Part shown: positions 63,211-64,000 of the stretch, piece by piece
How positions within the stretch are numbered: the first letter of the stretch is position 1
Layout of the letters: every line of letters starts with the position of its first letter
Assembly: GCA_965227515.1 (NCBI GenBank)
Contig: CBDDFZ010000001.1
Span: forward strand, 1,504,001-1,568,000
Reading direction: 5' to 3'
Source of the DNA: Alphaproteobacteria bacterium
GTDB taxonomy: Bacteria; Pseudomonadota; Alphaproteobacteria; CALKHQ01
DNA length: 64,000 nt
Translations under genes and position numbers: made by a program
The notes under the pieces: generated by a model
Told to the model about the DNA's origin: nothing
Database searches by the model: none
The model's input: the letters and a program-made list of their open reading frames with translations, nothing else

Positions 63211-64000
63211 GGGCCTGTTGAGATTCATCGCGAGTTTATGACAGCTGCTGCGAGATGGATGATGGCGTTGAAGCTTGTGTCGGTTTTGTCTGCACGCATG
63301 GCGATTCGCTTGAACTCTTTGAGTTTGCAGAAGAAGTTTTCGATCAGATGACGCCATTTGTACATCTCGGCGTCGATTTGCAGCGGGCTGGCGCGGCGCG
63401 GATGCTGGGATATGACGATCTTGGCACCGCGCTCGTTGAGGTCAGCAACGATGGCGCTGGTGTCGAACGCTTTGTCCGCGATCATCGCCTTGAAGGAGAG
63501 TCCGTCGATGAGCGGCGGCACGCCAACCGTATCGTAGCGATGGCCGGGCAGGAGCACGAAACGCACCAGATTGCCAAGCGCATCACACAGCGCGAGGATC
63601 TTCGTCGTCATCCCGCCCTTGGAGCGGCCGATGGCCTGGCTTTGAGTCCCCCTTTTGCGCCCTGGCCGTGGCGGTGCACCTTGACAATGGTGGCATCAAC
63701 CATGGCGTATTCCATGTCCGGCTCGTCCAAGCAGGCCTCGAACAGCCGCACGAAGACGTCTGCTTTGACCCAGTCGCGGTATCGCTTAAAGACCGTGTTC
63801 CAAGGGCCAAAAGATGTCGGGAGATCACGCCACGGGCTGCCCGTACGCACCACCCACAGCACGGCTTCGACAAAGCGCCGGTTGTCAGCGCCACTGCGGC
63901 CCGGATCGCTCGGCTTGCCCAAGCAATGGGGTTCCATCTTCGCCCATTGGGCGTCACTCAGTACGAATCGTTCCATCCGAAGCTTGAATCACAACCAAGC
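63211..64000 (-). mobile_element. IS5-family insertion sequence (IS427-like), other end outside the window
   Basis: Probable terminal IR GGGCCTGTTGAGATTCA after a CTA/TA target at 63208-63210; two-ORF transposase. Confidence 0.9.
63225..63976 (-). CDS. IS5-family transposase, two ORFs joined by a probable -1 frameshift
   Basis: OrfA LSDAQW..RTGSPWRDLP..DATIVKVH; OrfB QAIGRSKGGMTTKI..ADKAFD..YKWRHLIENFF; slippery AAAAGGGGG at 63656-63648. Confidence 0.92.

Noticed and set aside
1-64000. tRNA, rRNA or integron attC arrays
   Set aside because: No cloverleaf, rRNA-like sequence or integrase was recognised by eye; a tRNAscan/Infernal run would be needed to exclude them fully.

Overview
High-GC (visually about 65-70%) chromosomal window that looks alphaproteobacterial, probably Rhodospirillales-like (inference from the ftsE-ftsX-plsC/chaC/DUF2125 neighbourhood, glyQ, gshA-rsmE, Mg-type hemB and CtrA-like TTAA-N7-TTAA motifs). 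It is mostly housekeeping and metabolic genes: a TRAP transporter, two PhyH dioxygenases, IolG-like and ALDH7 dehydrogenases, an acyl-CoA synthetase, an Lhr-type helicase, nagA, zur, a prolyl oligopeptidase, asnB and trpB2. A lower-GC accessory patch at about 6.5-12.1 kb carries a glycosidase-propeller/M23/RTX fusion, a collagen/tail-collar membrane protein and a candidate sRNA. At least six families of palindromic REP/REPIN-like repeats are scattered through the intergenic DNA, and an IS5-family element runs off the right end. The most notable items are: (1) a fully degenerate, membrane-bound HD-GYP protein divergently paired with a LapG-like cysteine protease, suggesting an HD-GYP version of the LapD/LapG inside-out switch; (2) a DnaA-box/AT-rich oriC candidate at the end of plsC; (3) an orphan protein with a barnase-like RNase motif; (4) a repeat insertion that duplicated a TGATG stop/start overlap and may preserve translational coupling through a repeat-encoded mini-ORF; (5) an unannotated 46-aa secreted peptide. 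All calls come from motif reading by eye; no searches were run.
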